Shown here piece by piece: positions 40,854-56,246 of a stretch of DNA of 64,000 nucleotides. The stretch spans positions 1 through 64,000 of the forward strand of contig JAQGDQ010001021.1 in the NCBI GenBank assembly GCA_030141605.1. Reading direction: 5' to 3'. Source of the stretch: Tubiluchus corallicola. Its lineage: Eukaryota > Animalia > Priapulida. How positions within the stretch are numbered: position 1 is the first letter of the stretch; each line of letters opens with the position of its first letter. A program made the position numbers and the translations under genes. Under the pieces are notes generated by a model that did no database searches, was not told the DNA's origin, and was given only the letters and a program-made list of their open reading frames with translations.

Positions 40854-41675
40854 GGGATGTTGAAACATGACAAGACTAGGTGGGATGTTGGAGTATGACA
40901 AGACTAGGTGGGATGTTGGAATATGACAATACTAGGTGGGATGTGGGAGTATGACAAGACTAGGTGGGATGTTGGAGTGTGACAAGACTAGGTGGCATAT
41001 TGGAGTGTGACAATACTAGGTGGGATGTTGGAGTGTGACAAGACTAGGTGGCATATTGGAGTGTGACAAGACTAGGTGGGATGTTGGAGTATGACAAGAC
41101 TAGGTGGGATGTTGGAGTATGACAATACTAGGTGGGATGTTGGAGTATGACAAGACTAGGTGGGATGTTGGAGTATGACAATACTAGGTGGGATGTTGGA
41201 GTGTGACAAGACTAGGTGGCATATTGGAGTGTGACAAGACTAGGTGGGATGTGGGAGTATGACAAGATTAGGTGGGATGTTGGAGTATGACAAGACTTGG
41301 TGGGATGTTGGAGTATGACAAGACTTGGTGGGATGTTGGAGTATGACAAGACTAGGTGGGATATTGGAGCATGACAAGACTAGGTGGCATGGTGAAGCAT
41401 GACAAGACTAGGTGGGATGTTGGCGTATGACAAGACTAGGTGCGATGTTCGAGTGTGACAAGACTAGGTGGGATGTTGGAGTGTGACAAGACTTGGTGGG
41501 ATGTTGGAGTATGACAAGACTAGGTGGGCTGTTGGATTATGACAAGACTAGGTGGCATGGTGAAGCATGACAAGTCTAGGTAGCATGTTGAAGCATGACA
41601 AGACTAGGTGGTATGTTGGAGTATGACAAGACTAGGTGGCATGTTGGCGTATGACAATACTTGGTGGGAAGTTAG
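40854..41675. repeat. 28-bp minisatellite (GGGATGTTGGAGTATGACAAGACTAGGT)n, about 29 units
   Basis: Direct reading. Confidence 0.97.
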
Positions 41676-42679
41676 AGTACGACCGTGCTTGGTTTACCAA
41701 ATGTTGCATGTACGCCGTGTCAGTTAATCCCAGCGACATTATAGCGTAGTATTTTGCAGTAACAGTTACTAGAAACATGTTTAGAATAGTGAAAATGAAA
41801 ACTTTTAACATAATTATCATCATCATAACATCATCATCATCACATAATCATCAGCATCATCCTCTCATCACCATCATCCACACCAGAATGACATACTATC
41901 CCAAGTGTCTTCGCTACTAAACAAATTCCATTCACTAAAATAACTTGCCAAGGCAGTGCTCACTATTTTCCAAAGCTGCTTCTACACGAAATTCTCCATT
42001 AAGTAAAACCATAAGCAATCACATTTTACATACCTCTGTCTGACCTCACCTACATGGTAGATGCTCGACAAGATGGCAAAAGCTGTTTGTTTACCTGTTC
42101 TTCAGTAGTTTATCAAGAAAGGACTGTTGTGTTATTAACGTTTACTCTTGTGAAAAAATCTATGTAATAAACCGTTCCTTTGAAAATGGCTTCAGTTATC
42201 AGCAAAAACAAACCAAGACAGGATCATTGAACAGGTAATCACCGAACAGACAAACAGAGACCATTACATCATTATCCCAAAAATAGCCAGAAATGAAAAT
42301 TCTGTAACCTTTCTGGCTTCCTTCTGACGGTGTTTTTCCCGAACTGTTGTTGGAGAGATGGAAGATACGTTTGAAGCCCGTGAATATGTTAGTTATCAGT
42401 TTCTGACAGGCAGACGTGCATGAGAAACGTCAATGTTTATTCAGCAAGCGTTACCCAGAGTCAAAGAGTTGCAGGCGAGAATACACAAATGAAATGTTTT
42501 GCTAGAGAAACCGATACTAGATGCTAGTGGGAATCGGAAAGAGTTTTAACGGGGCCTTTTCGTGCGCCAGACACCCAAAAAACAAGTCAGTAACCTCTCT
42601 GGGGGGTTGGGTAGAAAATGTTGTGAGAAAGACAGCTCTAGCGTTCACACTGAGGCAACAAAATGAACTTATTCATTTA

Positions 42680-43310
42680 TTCATTTATTTATTTATAGTT
42701 AAAAACAACACAATTTATTAAAACTTTCATATTAAAAAGTTAAAATCACGCCAAACGTTTCGACATGCAGCTACTGTCATCATCAATGGTAAATTTACGA
42801 ACATACCACCAGTTTATATAGGCAGAGCCTATTATGCACTAATTAAGTAGTTAACAGAAGCTAAACAGGTAACGAATCAGCAGACCAGTAAAGAAATTGA
42901 TACGATAACTTATTATGAATTTACAAAAGCCAAAAGGTAATGAATAAGCATACCAGTAGAGAAATTGATACGATAACTTATTATGAATTTACAAAAGCCA
43001 AATAGGTAATGAATAAGCAGACCAGTAGAGAAATTGATACGATAACTTATTATGAATTTACAAAAGCCAAATAGGTAACGAATAAGCAGACCAGTAGAGA
43101 AATTGATAGAGCAACTTAAGCAATAATTAAGTAGTTAACAGAAGCCAAATGGTAAAGAATAGGTTTGACATGACTTTCTCATGTAAAAATTTTAATGAAG
43201 CTGTATTGTTTTTAACTATAAATGTTTCAAGCGCCTGTAATAAAAATTGACTTATTTATTTTTATTTTTTTCACACTCCAATAGTAAAATACAGTCTAAA
43301 AACATATAAA
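42680..43310 (-). mobile_element. Penelope-like non-autonomous element with pseudo-LTR (TATA, hammerhead, AATAAA)
   Basis: On the minus strand: TATATAAA at about 42830, a hammerhead core at 42790-42750 and AATAAA at about 42720. An inverted ~65-bp copy of the post-ribozyme tail lies at 43163-43225. Confidence 0.7.
42750..42790 (-). ncRNA. Minimal type I hammerhead ribozyme motif (Penelope type)
   Basis: CCA-UUGAUGA-U-GACA(guagcugca)UGUC-GAAA-CGUU-UGG: stem I CCA/UGG, C3U variant core, stem II GACA/UGUC and palindromic AACGUU stem III. Confidence 0.65.
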
Positions 43311-44475
43311 ACACGTTGGCAAAAAACAGACAAATACAAAATTTACAAGAATGTGGTAAAGACACAAAGAGATTACCTAGTGCGGTACCTAGTGCTCCAT
43401 AAACCTACGCAGCAGTAAATTACTAATCATCATAGACAGCATCATTCAAGGAACGGACGTTAATCACTAACGGTCACTTAATGCTGACCACTCATTAGTT
43501 GGTGGCTAAAATTACAACTGCGGACATTCATTACTCAACACTGCGGGCCTAAGAGATCACTCAATAGCAAGGCAATTCAGTGATAGTAAATTAATATTAC
43601 GCTAGCGTAAAAGCCAGCGAAGAAGAGTCAACATCAGACCAGAGTACACATTCCGATAGAGCCATCAGACTGCTCAAACATAATCTAGATGGTCATCATC
43701 AGATGTCAGTCAATACCGTCAGTCAACACAGACCAATGTCCAGGCAAAATGACCAGTAAATATCTCCTGCATACATTCCGATATAGAATCTGTTTTCCAT
43801 CATTGCGTAGGTTATCAATACTTGTTGCTACGCGGTACACACGATGATATCATCACAGTGCTGGCATTTGGTCAACTCTGGTCAATTTCATCTCAACACT
43901 GACCAGTGCTGTAATGTATAATTAAACGCCAGCCGCGGGGACGGGTCTATTTCCCCCCAGGCACTCGCCCACACATATTTTACGCACATTCTCATGACAT
44001 AAGCATTTACCATAAATAATCCCATTACATCAACACTGTCCATCCTTCGGCCACTGGTCACTCCCAGACGCCGACCGAAATTACGCATTCCAATATGCGC
44101 GTGAAATGAGTTAACATGAATTTATTCCCCCGGGGATACAACGTAATGAGACGAAGATTAATACAGGGCTGCCGCTGAATTAATATTAACATTTAATGAC
44201 ATATCAGCAGGGTTCCAGACTCCACATTTACTCCATTTCTCAACTCCTAAAATAACGGACAACGACGCATTAATCTTCCCTGAAAAATTTCAGTTAGTAA
44301 CTTAATTTATGCGGAGTTGATGCTAAACTGATCATCAAAAACGCGTTACGCAAAACTTCGCATTTTTCAATTTTCGTAGAGACGTGACTGCTTGGCACAG
44401 CGGGTTTTGCTTTTGCTTGATCTTTTCAAGTAAATAAACAACTATGGAGACATTTGGTAATCAAACCAAAATAAG

Positions 44476-44720
44476 TAAACCAATAACCCAAACGAACCAA
44501 AAAATACCAAAGATTATCCCATGAAATAATGACACTACGTTGAAAAAATAGTAAATCAGGACAACAATGTAGGGGCTAAGATGACACCTTGTCGTACTAA
44601 ACCAATAACGCAAACGAACCAAAAAATACCAAAAATTATCCCATGAAATAATGACACTAAATTGAAAAAATACTAAATCAGAACAACAATGTAGGGCCTA
44701 AGACGACACCTTGCGGTGCA
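44476..44720 (-). mobile_element. 122-bp tandem duplication of a LINE RT core fragment
   Basis: Minus-strand APQGVVLGPTLLF and VRQGVILAPTLLS. Confidence 0.6.
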
Positions 44721-45290
44721 TCAATTACCTGAAATGATTCAATTATGAAATACTTTCTACCGCAGCTGTTAATATAATATAAGTGTTTTTCTCACTTCGG
44801 GATGATAATACATCCCCCCGATCATGGCGCTAACGAAAATTTCTAAAAAATAGATCGCGCATGCCATGGTCAAAGATGAGGCATCACGATCATAACGGTT
44901 TAACTAATCGTCAAAAGGCTTTCATACAGGTTAAACCAATTCTCCTCAATTCGTATGTCCTTGATCATGACGTACGTGTGACTGATTCTCTGCCTATTTG
45001 TGCCCCCTGATGGCATTTGCGTGTTTGTTAATGCTGCTAAGACAACAGGAACGGGACGAAATTACAAGTGTACAAAAGACATTAGCAAGTGCAGGCAATA
45101 ACCCCCAACGTGTGTAATTAGATTTTCCCGTCCCCTGCACAAACACACGATGCACAGGAAAATGAAATGACGGGCTCTGAATTCCTCTGGGATACACTTG
45201 CCACAGGATTTGCTCTGTTTTGTAACAACTGGTAGAATAGGGATTTCACGATTCTCACTTAATGTTGTATGAGTATCAAATGTTACACTT

Positions 45291-45703
45291 TGCTGACAAA
45301 ATGAGGCATCCTATAATACTTTAACATGCAAAATAGACGCCTTTCGGATCGACGAGAACAGCTGAGTGGTGACTTTTTATATTTAGCGACCAAAGTTAAG
45401 CAATAGTAAGCCCAGTCAGTGAATGGATGGGTAATTACCGGGAAAACTATCACTTTGTTAAGGGGAGAGCATATGCATATTCGAAACGTGGCAGATCCAG
45501 TACTTCTGGTGATCCAGTGCTGACAAAATGAGGCATCCTATAATACTTTAACATGCAAAATAGACGCCTTTCGGATCGACGAGAACAGCTGAGTGGTGAC
45601 TTTTCATGTATAACGACAAAGTTAAGCAATACTAAACCCAGTCAGTGAACGGATGGGTAATTATCGGGAAAACTATCACATTGTTAAGGGGAGAGAGTAT
45701 GCC
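45291..45703. repeat. 227-bp-period tandem duplication
   Basis: TGCTGACAAAATGAGGCATCC at 45291 and 45518. Confidence 0.9.
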
Positions 45704-46066
45704 TCAATGATCCACTGTGTCCTTGATATTTCACATTCCACCTTTTATTTATTAGTGTCAAAAATACAGACAATACAAGAAAAAAACAAGACACAAATAC
45801 AATTTCAATTTTGAACATCGTGACACTGCAGACAAACAAAAAATTACTGATAAAACAAATATTATTAAACCTTTGCGTTAGTTAATTAAATGAAAAGTTC
45901 AATGATTGGTATTAAAAATAAATTGTCATTGATCAGGCCTAATTTTGAATGTTATGATAATGAACGAGGTCCCAGTCCAGCCACAACCATCTATATTCTA
46001 CATTTTCAGTTGGCTTGAAGAGTGCCAAAATCAGCACAAAAAGGACAAGGGTAAAAAACAGTAAAA

Positions 46067-46125
<59 letters not shown>

Positions 46126-46615
46126 TATTACTATTACTACAACTACTGCTACTGCTACTGCTACTGCTACTGCCACTACCACTGCCACTACCACTACCAC
46201 TACTACTACCACTACCACTACCACTACCACTACCACTACCATTACCACTACCACTACCAGTACTACTACCACTACTACTACTACTACCACTACCACTACC
46301 ACTACCACTACCACTACCACTACTACCACTACCACTACCACCACCACCACTACCAGTACTATACTACTACTACTACACCACTACCACTACACTACCACTA
46401 CCACTACACACTTTTTTTTTTTCACTACCACTACACTACCACTACCACTACCACTACCACTACCACTACCACTACCACTACCATTTTCTACACACACTAC
46501 TACCCACTACCACCCACTACCACTACCACTACTACCACTACCACTACCACTACCACTACCACTACCACTACCACTACCACTACCACTACCACTACCACTA
46601 CCACTACCACTACCA

Positions 46616-46666
<51 letters not shown>

Positions 46667-46685
46667 TTATTATTATTATTATTAT
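46067..46685. repeat. Compound (ATT/ACT/ACCACT)n microsatellite
   Basis: Direct reading. Confidence 0.97.
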
Positions 46686-47356
46686 GTATTTTGTAGAGCA
46701 AGCAATCAGCTAATTTACAAGTGGACAACAAAGTGACTGAACGCCTACAACAATCAGTCAATTCTACTAAGCATTTTAATTAAAATTACATCATCAATTA
46801 CACCTGGTTAAAACCTCTATATAACACACAACCTCTAGTCTACGTTTGAAATTTTATCCCAATCTCCGCAGGGAACTGTTTCCAATTTCTAAATTGAAAC
46901 CTCAGCAGCAACGCAATTATTTTACTCGGTGCAGTTATAAATCTGACTAATTAGAGATCTCAGAGGCTCAGGTGACCGTAAATATACCTTATCAGTTCCA
47001 GAGAATGACAATTTATTCCTCTCCTCCCAGGCTTCCTTCCCATAAACAACGCCAGTCCAATTTAACACAGTTTAAACTTGCGTCAATAAAACGTTATTGA
47101 ATTGATAACGGCCTGTTGAGCGCTTAATTCGACCGATTTCTGAAAATGCGCCATATTAGGCAATAATCTTTTACAGCTCTGGATAATATTCCAATAAAGC
47201 AGCAACAAGCGTATAGACTGCCGTTTGCAAAACTTTTGAGTGGGTTGGTGATAGCGCCTAGGATTGTTGCGAAATAGATCGAGCATAAAACAAGCAAAAG
47301 TGGGACAAACGTCTCCAATTTTTATAGATGTCTATATTCTCTACAACTGTAGAAGA

Positions 47357-47778
47357 CAGGGATGAGAATGACCGTGTAGGCCATAAATAAGCTCAAAGTG
47401 GACAAAATATCAGTTACCTTGTTTGGTGCATAATTTAAAATACCCAACTATCAAGGACACATGATACCTAAAAATGTCTAAAAAACGCCTAAGTACTGGC
47501 CGCTCCTATGCAAAAGTATATAAAAACTGTCGGCAATTGACTCAAATAACTCCGCACAATTGATTCTATATTTTTATACATAGAGATATACACGTGGTTA
47601 CACCGATGTACGTGATGTAAACAAAGTGACGGCCTGCCAACTAGTGGTCAACGTGCGAAATAATGTACTGGGTCCGTAAAAACTTTCTCAACGAATTTGC
47701 ACGATTTACAAAAATGGCACTACTGGTCTTCCTAGTATCCACGGAATTCCGCGTATCCACGGAAAATTCTCATCCCTG
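47357..47778. mobile_element. hAT (Ac-like) MITE, copy 2
   Basis: Perfect 13-bp TIR CAGGGATGAGAAT/ATTCTCATCCCTG. Confidence 0.85.
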
Positions 47779-47957
47779 AAAAGACCATTGGCGGCTACGA
47801 GTTTGAACTAGTGAAAGAAATGCCTTAGATTAGAAGTGAAGCTACTGAAGCATTGTCGGAAAATCCGTTTTAAACGAAGCCTGGCTTCTTTGGTGGCCTT
47901 ACAATATTATTTAGATCGTATGCTTCGTTCAGGCATGTGTAACCATGCATTTAGTTA

Positions 47958-48183
47958 ACCTTGCCTATAAAAAGGACGTGTCACCGCTGATCGGTGACCA
48001 CCTATTAGCAGGTACCACAAAAGGGTGGTCCCCTTTTTCTTGTTTTTTATATAAGCCAATATGTGAGATTATTCAAAGTGCTGTGAATTATGTGATTATT
48101 TTTGTTATGATTTGTAACTTAATTTGAAATGTAAAGTGTAACAGTTAAATTTGAATGTGACACTTCCTTTTTATAGGCAAGGT
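47958..48183. mobile_element. 226-bp MITE, ~27-bp TIR, candidate TTA TSD
   Basis: ACCTTGCCTATAAAAAGGACGTGTCAC / GTGACACTTCCTTTTTATAGGCAAGGT. Confidence 0.85.
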
Positions 48184-49121
48184 TTACCATCAGGCGAACA
48201 ACAATACATGACAACAATATAAACACGTAATTACATCGATAAAAAGACTCTTGAAACGAATTTTAAAAATCACACTTATTTGGTTCTAAATTAAGTTTTA
48301 AAGACGTTAAAACACAGTGCCAATAAAGATTCAATTAAGAGGGCGCCACTGTAATTATCAAGAAGTTATTGCCCACTAAGAGGAACTTCAGTTTCACATT
48401 GTTACAGTTATTAACTGTAAACTGTTCAAGCGGGCATCAATTCCAGCTGAAAACGTTCGCTGGCTGGACTTAATTACATAATATTGTATTTCCATTAATA
48501 TTTTATGATATTTTCCTGTCGGACAAAGCATTCAAGAGCGTAAAAAGAATTTCTGCTGTAGGTTTTTACCCGACTTGACACAAGGGGGCGCCAGCGGTCT
48601 TCTAAACACCTTCGCCAACATTTCGCGGAAGACGGCAGAACTAAGCGATGGTAAATAATGTATAAATCTCGAACAAAATTATGGCATTTAAGAAAAGCTG
48701 CTCCGCCATGTTTGCTGAGCATTCCACTTATCAGCCTCACCCCCGCGCCTAGAACAGCCAACCAGTTTTTCCACAGATTCCTACGCTGCCATGTCAGGTG
48801 CAGCCAGGTGTGCAATTATTCAGCCGAACTTATTTATTAATAATGTGGCGCCGCGTGCATTGTGACGTAGCCCTAGAGAGGAAGCTGAGGAATTCATACA
48901 GATGCGGGTAATGGATGGGCATCGTGAAGCATCAATAGTTAGAAAACCCACAGAAAAAGTGAGCTGCGTGGGGGGTGGGGGTAAGAACAGCACAAAAGTG
49001 ACAGGCTTGCAGGAAGCAGAGCACAGACTAAAAAGGTCTATGGGTTTTGACCAGAGATATAAAAATGTACAAAACGGTTCTTAGGCGGTCACATCCAAAG
49101 AACATTTTCTCTGCTAGTTGT

Positions 49122-50482
<1,361 letters not shown>

Positions 50483-50971
50483 TACATGTATATGTAAACA
50501 CATGTTAGATATATATGTTAACACATGTTAGACACTCATACGAGGAAAACCCGGCAAAACGATATCAGCAGTTTCGCGAAAAGGAAAACGATCCTTAACC
50601 TTCGAAATCCACGCAACACTTTGCCTACATAGATTGAGTTTTAATGCTCTTTCTCACGCGGGGAATAGCTAGACTGGGAGATGTTTTAGCAGAAGAGATA
50701 AAATCGCCCAAGCGGCGAAAAACGTGTTAGTTATCAGACGAAAAATCAACAACAGCCATTTTAAAAGCGCTGTTTTCTGCATTAAGGCGGGCACCGAGAG
50801 AAATAGTTTTTCGGGCATCTACTAGCTGGATGCCTTGCGTCCTTTAATCTTGTCCTTAACACAATATTTACAAGTACAGCAAATGATAGAGCGATTCAGT
50901 TGAAATTTCGCAATAATTGTTTATCCTGCGCCGAAAACGAATGTAAATTTAGAAGTTTCCAACTCTTGTTA

Positions 50972-51522
50972 NNNNNNNNNNNNNNNNNNNNNNNNNNNNN
51001 NNNNNNNNNNNNNNNNNNNNNNNNNNNNNNNNNNNNNNNNNNNNNNNNNNNNNNNNNNNNNNNNNNNNNNNNNNNNNNNNNNNNNNNNNNNNNNNNNNNN
51101 NNNNNNNNNNNNNNNNNNNNNNNNNNNNNNNNNNNNNNNNNNNNNNNNNNNNNNNNNNNNNNNNNNNNNNNNNNNNNNNNNNNNNNNNNNNNNNNNNNNN
51201 NNNNNNNNNNNNNNNNNNNNNNNNNNNNNNNNNNNNNNNNNNNNNNNNNNNNNNNNNNNNNNNNNNNNNNNNNNNNNNNNNNNNNNNNNNNNNNNNNNNN
51301 NNNNNNNNNNNNNNNNNNNNNNNNNNNNNNNNNNNNNNNNNNNNNNNNNNNNNNNNNNNNNNNNNNNNNNNNNNNNNNNNNNNNNNNNNNNNNNNNNNNN
51401 NNNNNNNNNNNNNNNNNNNNNNNNNNNNNNNNNNNNNNNNNNNNNNNNNNNNNNNNNNNNNNNNNNNNNNNNNNNNNNNNNNNNNNNNNNNNNNNNNNNN
51501 NNNNNNNNNNNNNNNNNNNNNN
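50972..51522. other. Assembly gap (551 N)
   Basis: Run of N. Confidence 1.
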
Positions 51523-51589
51523 TGCTTGAAACATGAGACAGTTAAATCAAGTTTAATGCATAAATAGTGCAATTATCTTTGCTACTCAC

Positions 51590-51675
51590 CCCCTGACTTG
51601 TGTCGTCTGGGTCAGTCCTGGGATTGTGGCGCGTCCATCCCAAAGTCGAATCTTTGGTAGTGTCCAGTAACACGA
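51590..51675 (-). CDS. Eph: Eph receptor, second coding exon (start of ligand-binding domain, (V)VLLDTTKDSTLGWTRHNPRTDPDDTSQG)
   Basis: Acceptor ttatttgtttCAG and donor GGG|GTGAGT. 86 nt, phase 1 in and phase 0 out, joining directly to WLEES of the next exon. LLDT..LxW is the conserved Eph LBD start. Confidence 0.95.
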
Positions 51676-52626
51676 CTGAAACAAATAATGAACCATTAAC
51701 TACTGAACTAACGAATTACCGCATTAATTAAATAGTTAAAATGAATTAATTGCTAAGTAACAGAGTGGGTGTTCTGCATTAGTATTGATGTAGGGGGTAA
51801 TAAAACTCATTTTACCATGACACTTACGTGATTATACACTTTCAAACTAGGAAACACGTCCCCAGCGAGTAATAAAACTGTATTTATTGCAAACAGTACC
51901 AGTGCAGGTTTAAACGTAACAATGTAATTTTAAAAATTGAAAAAACAAAACGGACGCTACAGCCCAAACCGTCAGCTCCTATAAAAGCAACCTAAAAGAT
52001 GCCCGCTTCAAAATTACACTCGAACAAATTATACAAGTGATAAAATTGTGCTAAATAGTGACTTTATAAAACCGAAACTGAAATCTTTAAGTGGCGTTAA
52101 ATCCTAAATAATGTTTGTTATGCACATACACGTTTCCCTACCTGTTAAATTTGGTCTTCCCCTTTAACTGTCATCAGTCATGTGGCCAGGTAGACATTAC
52201 CTGACATGCAATTCAAAAAGATATGATGTGAATGTTGTAGTTGATTTCTATTGTTTTTTTGCAAGTTATAAGTGCCAAAACTCAGAGAGATCACAAGTAG
52301 GTGTCTAATTATCTTTATTGAACTTCTTTATACAATTAGTGCTATTTCGCTGTTATTTTTTTGTATAATTATAGACAAAAATCTCACGTAACCTAATTTA
52401 GTAATTTACCTGTATCAAACTTATGTTTTCCGCTAAAAACATATTGCTGTAATTTATTGTTACAGATAAAACGACAATTGCTGCATATTAAACATATATG
52501 GATGTTCTGGAGTTTAAATGTAGTACAATGTTGCATCGAAATACATAAACCTCTTGCTCTTATGACAATATTCAGCGTTTTTGTTTACTTAAATTAATCT
52601 CTCAGCGTCTATCGTTTTATTGTGTA

Positions 52627-53109
52627 CCGTATTTTCCCGTGTATAAGAGACCCTTTTTTGCTCAGAATTTTCACTTTAAAAATAGGGGGTCTCTTATACA
52701 TGGGAGTAAGTCTTTTCAATAAGATGCATAAATTGTGACACTAATGATTTTAAAGAAATAAGTGCTCTACAACTGTTTTATTTCGAATAATTATAGTTTC
52801 CTTTCAATAAATCTTCTCCATGGCTAAATTCTAATGATAAAATTAATGTACCGGGTAAGTTATTATTTTTTTAAATGTCAAAAGAGGACAATGCCATTTT
52901 TGAGCAGAGTGACTCCTCTGATGATGAACTGGCTGGAATTGCTGAAGGTCTGACTCCAGTTGATATTTTTGATGAGAGTGATGAGGAATTTAATGATTTC
53001 TATGATGAATAAAGTTATTCATTACCAAAAAACTTTTTTCCAGAATTTTTGCCTAAAAATTGAAGGGGTCTCTTATACACAAGGGTCTCTTATACATGGG
53101 AAAATACGG
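52627..53109 (+). mobile_element. Tc2/pogo-like MITE, copy 2
   Basis: 483 bp with TA TSD; one substitution seen by eye relative to 30947-31429. Confidence 0.92.
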
Positions 53110-53382
53110 TATATTTATTTTGTAAATTTCTTTGCTATTCGTTATCATGTATATTTATTATGTAAATTTCTTTGCTATTCGTTATCATGTATATATATAT
53201 ATTTAATTTAGTTCTCAATAAATGCGCAGTGCGAAAAGTTTTAGTCAATTGTAACTAATTTGGTTTTAAGTGTTAGTTTGAATGTGTAGGCCTGTTAGCA
53301 ATGACTCTATTGGTTTTATCAGTTCTTATAAGTTGGTTACAAGTAAATATGATTTTAACTTCAAGCATAAATTGTATGTAAC

Positions 53383-53823
53383 TAGGTTTATCATACGTCC
53401 GGGTTTCCCCGGACACGTCCTCTTTTTGGGCCTCTGTCCGGGCGGGTGTTCAAAAAATCTGCAATTTGTCCGGGTTTTGCTTCAATTCGGACGTTGCCAA
53501 CTGCAGAGGCGTACGATATTACGAGACAAAGAAAAGCTCGTTAATTTTCAATACAAGATGTTGCTAATATCTAAAAATACGATTCCTGAGAGCCAAAATG
53601 TTTCTGAGAGCCAAGAAGAAGCAGGCGACTGACAGTTACAGTGCGTTAATGTTTTTTGCAGTATAGCCATTTGGTATTGCTATTAGAATACATGTAGGCC
53701 TATTTGTATAATTTCCATTTTATTTTGCATTATTTTAATAGACCCTAGACTGGTCATTTTTGCCTACTTACAAGTGTAGGAAAAAGTATCCTCTTTTTCA
53801 ACTCAGACAATATGGTAACCCTA
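53383..53823. mobile_element. hAT (Blackjack-like) MITE
   Basis: Ends TAGGTTTATCATA / TATGGTAACCCTA; 8-bp TSD tatgtaac/tatgtagc; subterminal GTCCGG/CCGGAC motifs. Confidence 0.85.
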
Positions 53824-54725
53824 TATGTAGCAAGTTTTATAGCAATACAGAGTATTAATAATAATAAATAAACAGGTAACTAATAAGTAACAAACCAAAC
53901 CAATGCCTCACAACGCTATGAATCCATTTTCTAATCTCAGAGACCTTACTTAAACTGGAAATGTTATTAAAACGAGGCCTAGCTAAGAGAAAATAAGTAT
54001 CTTTATTTATCACCTTTTTTACAAGAAAACACAGAGCATGAAACGATAATATGATACAAAGTGACAAGATTATTAAATGAATAAATTATCTGAGTTAATG
54101 ACATTCGAGTGATTGGTGAAGAACTAAAAGTTACCAAAGTCAACCACCCTAAAAACAACCATGCAAAAAACAAGACAATTCAGCGAAATTCAAAATCGAC
54201 TGACAATGCCGGCAGTAATCTGACTGTTTTTATTGCAGGAAAATGGCCGCTTTGAAGTGCAAACGGGAGGCTATTTAATTCTCCATTACAAGTAATGCAA
54301 TTCCTGTTGGCGTATTCGCCCCAAGTGAGTCGCGGTCGCATCTAACACAAACGCCTGCTTAATCCTCTGTGTACAGTCGTGGAACGCTGCAAAATAATGC
54401 ACATGGGACAGCTCGGCGAGGTGGGAGAGAGCAAGCTTGGCATTCTTGCGCTAATGTCAAGAATGGCAGCGCTTGCGTCCGTGGAAGTGGAAAACAATAG
54501 GCGCTCAACCTGTTGTTGACAAAGCTTTTGTCGTTTATTATGTAGGTACAGTAGCTGTTAAGCAGACAATAATATACAGCAAGCTATCACGGCGGTGTGA
54601 ATAACCAAATGCACCATCAATACTTCATTAAAACCAATTTTAGGTTACTCGCGAAGTAACCGTTTGGGTTTGTATTTTCTACACCGTTAAATTGAAAAAA
54701 GTTAAAATTGAAAACGGTTTGTTAA

Positions 54726-55187
54726 CCCTTTCATGCCCGTTGTATCCCTTGGGATACGAGGATATTTTCTGCCTTTAAAATTAATAAAATTTTAAAACCG
54801 ACAGTTATTTGATCTGTTAATAGTTATTTTGATTTATGCCAATAACAATAGACTAAAAATGGTGATAAAATGGCAAACTAGAAAATCTACATAGCATAAA
54901 AAAATGTTCAAGCTGCAGTACTTTAGAGACGACTTCGTACAGATCAGCATTGCATGCATGCTAAATGTCTTAAATACTTTAAAATATTATCAGCAGTTGG
55001 ATACACATCAGCACATTTTATGCTTCCATTGAATCCCAATGTATCCCGTGGGATACAGGCTATATTTAGCACGCGGGCACAGGTAGAAAAAAATAATTAT
55101 TATGTGTAAACAAGATGGACATACTGAACGAAAGTACCAAGCCAAAAATTTTTGTCTTATTAAAAAAATAATTTGGGACTGAAAGGG
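54726..55187. mobile_element. piggyBac-type MITE, second family
   Basis: TTAA TSD; TIR CCCTTTCATGCCC/GGGACTGAAAGGG; internal palindrome GTATCCC.TGGGATAC occurs twice. Confidence 0.85.
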
Positions 55188-55492
55188 TTAATGTTCACGT
55201 TACAGGTTTCAGAATTTAGATTATTATAAACCTCCGTAGGTTTATTTCGCTGTTTGTTGGTGCGAATGCTGAACTGATAAATTCAGAAAATTGAAAGCAC
55301 ACCGCAATGCAAAAACTGATAATCAAGCAAGCAGCTATTAACAACGTAAAATATTCATGTTAATTTAAACGATTTCACAAAGGTAACAGATGTAAGCTTG
55401 ATTTTTCAACTTTTGCACAGCTTTGTATTTTCAATGCGAATTTCGATTTTTAAGTAATTTCTAGGTAGTACAAACGAATTTAAACTAGTTCA

Positions 55493-55920
55493 CACTAGTC
55501 TTGATAACCACCTACTGTTCCTGTGTGACACAACAGTCACAACTTTGTGTTCCTTTTGAGTAGAATCCAGAGCGTTTCGTCATCTCATGAGCCGAATCTC
55601 CACAAGCCACTCTTCCTACCCTTTTGAACTTTCTTTTATCCATCACTTCTCTCCTTACTTTGCACAACTCTTTTTTTAAATTGCCTAAATACCTTCAGTT
55701 TTTTCTTTTCTCATTATTTGGACGTGTTTATAATGGTGCAAGCACCTAACAAGTTTTACTTCTAGTTCTTGCCATTTATTATATGCACGCTGCCATATAA
55801 TCATTATTATTAACATCTATTTCTTCCCAGTGTTTCTTGATATTGTATTTGTATTTACACTTCAAAATAAATTTATTATTATTATCATTATCATTATTGT
55901 TGTTGTTGTTATTATTATTA
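55493..55920 (+). mobile_element. LINE 3' UTR (family B, copy 1) with (TTA)n tail
   Basis: Matches 61788-62182; terminal hairpin region and AATAAA. Confidence 0.7.
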
Positions 55921-56246
55921 TTTACGAAGACTAATTTTATCTTGCGTTACCGGTTCATCAACGCAAAAAATCAATCCAATACTAGACGCGATGTCATCAT
56001 TTATGAAATAATATTGACATTCAAACGGGTGTTCGAGAATAAATTTACAAAGTTTGCTTTAACTTAACGCAAACATGCGTCCAACAGTAGAAGAGTTGTA
56101 TTGACATACTACTGCTAACTACGTACACTTCTTCATAAACAAAAGAATATTGAATTTTTCATTGACTTGCGTACGCTTGTGTGTACACACTGAATTAGCT
56201 GCAGCATGCAAACCAGGGAGAGTCTTTTACGGCTAGAGTTAAGGTC

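Noticed and set aside
40854-41675. 28-bp array (and the 24-, 56- and 61-bp arrays) as CRISPR
   Set aside because: Head-to-tail units without unique spacers, no cas genes and a eukaryotic context.
50896-51572. About 210-aa ORFs
   Set aside because: Artefacts of the N gap.
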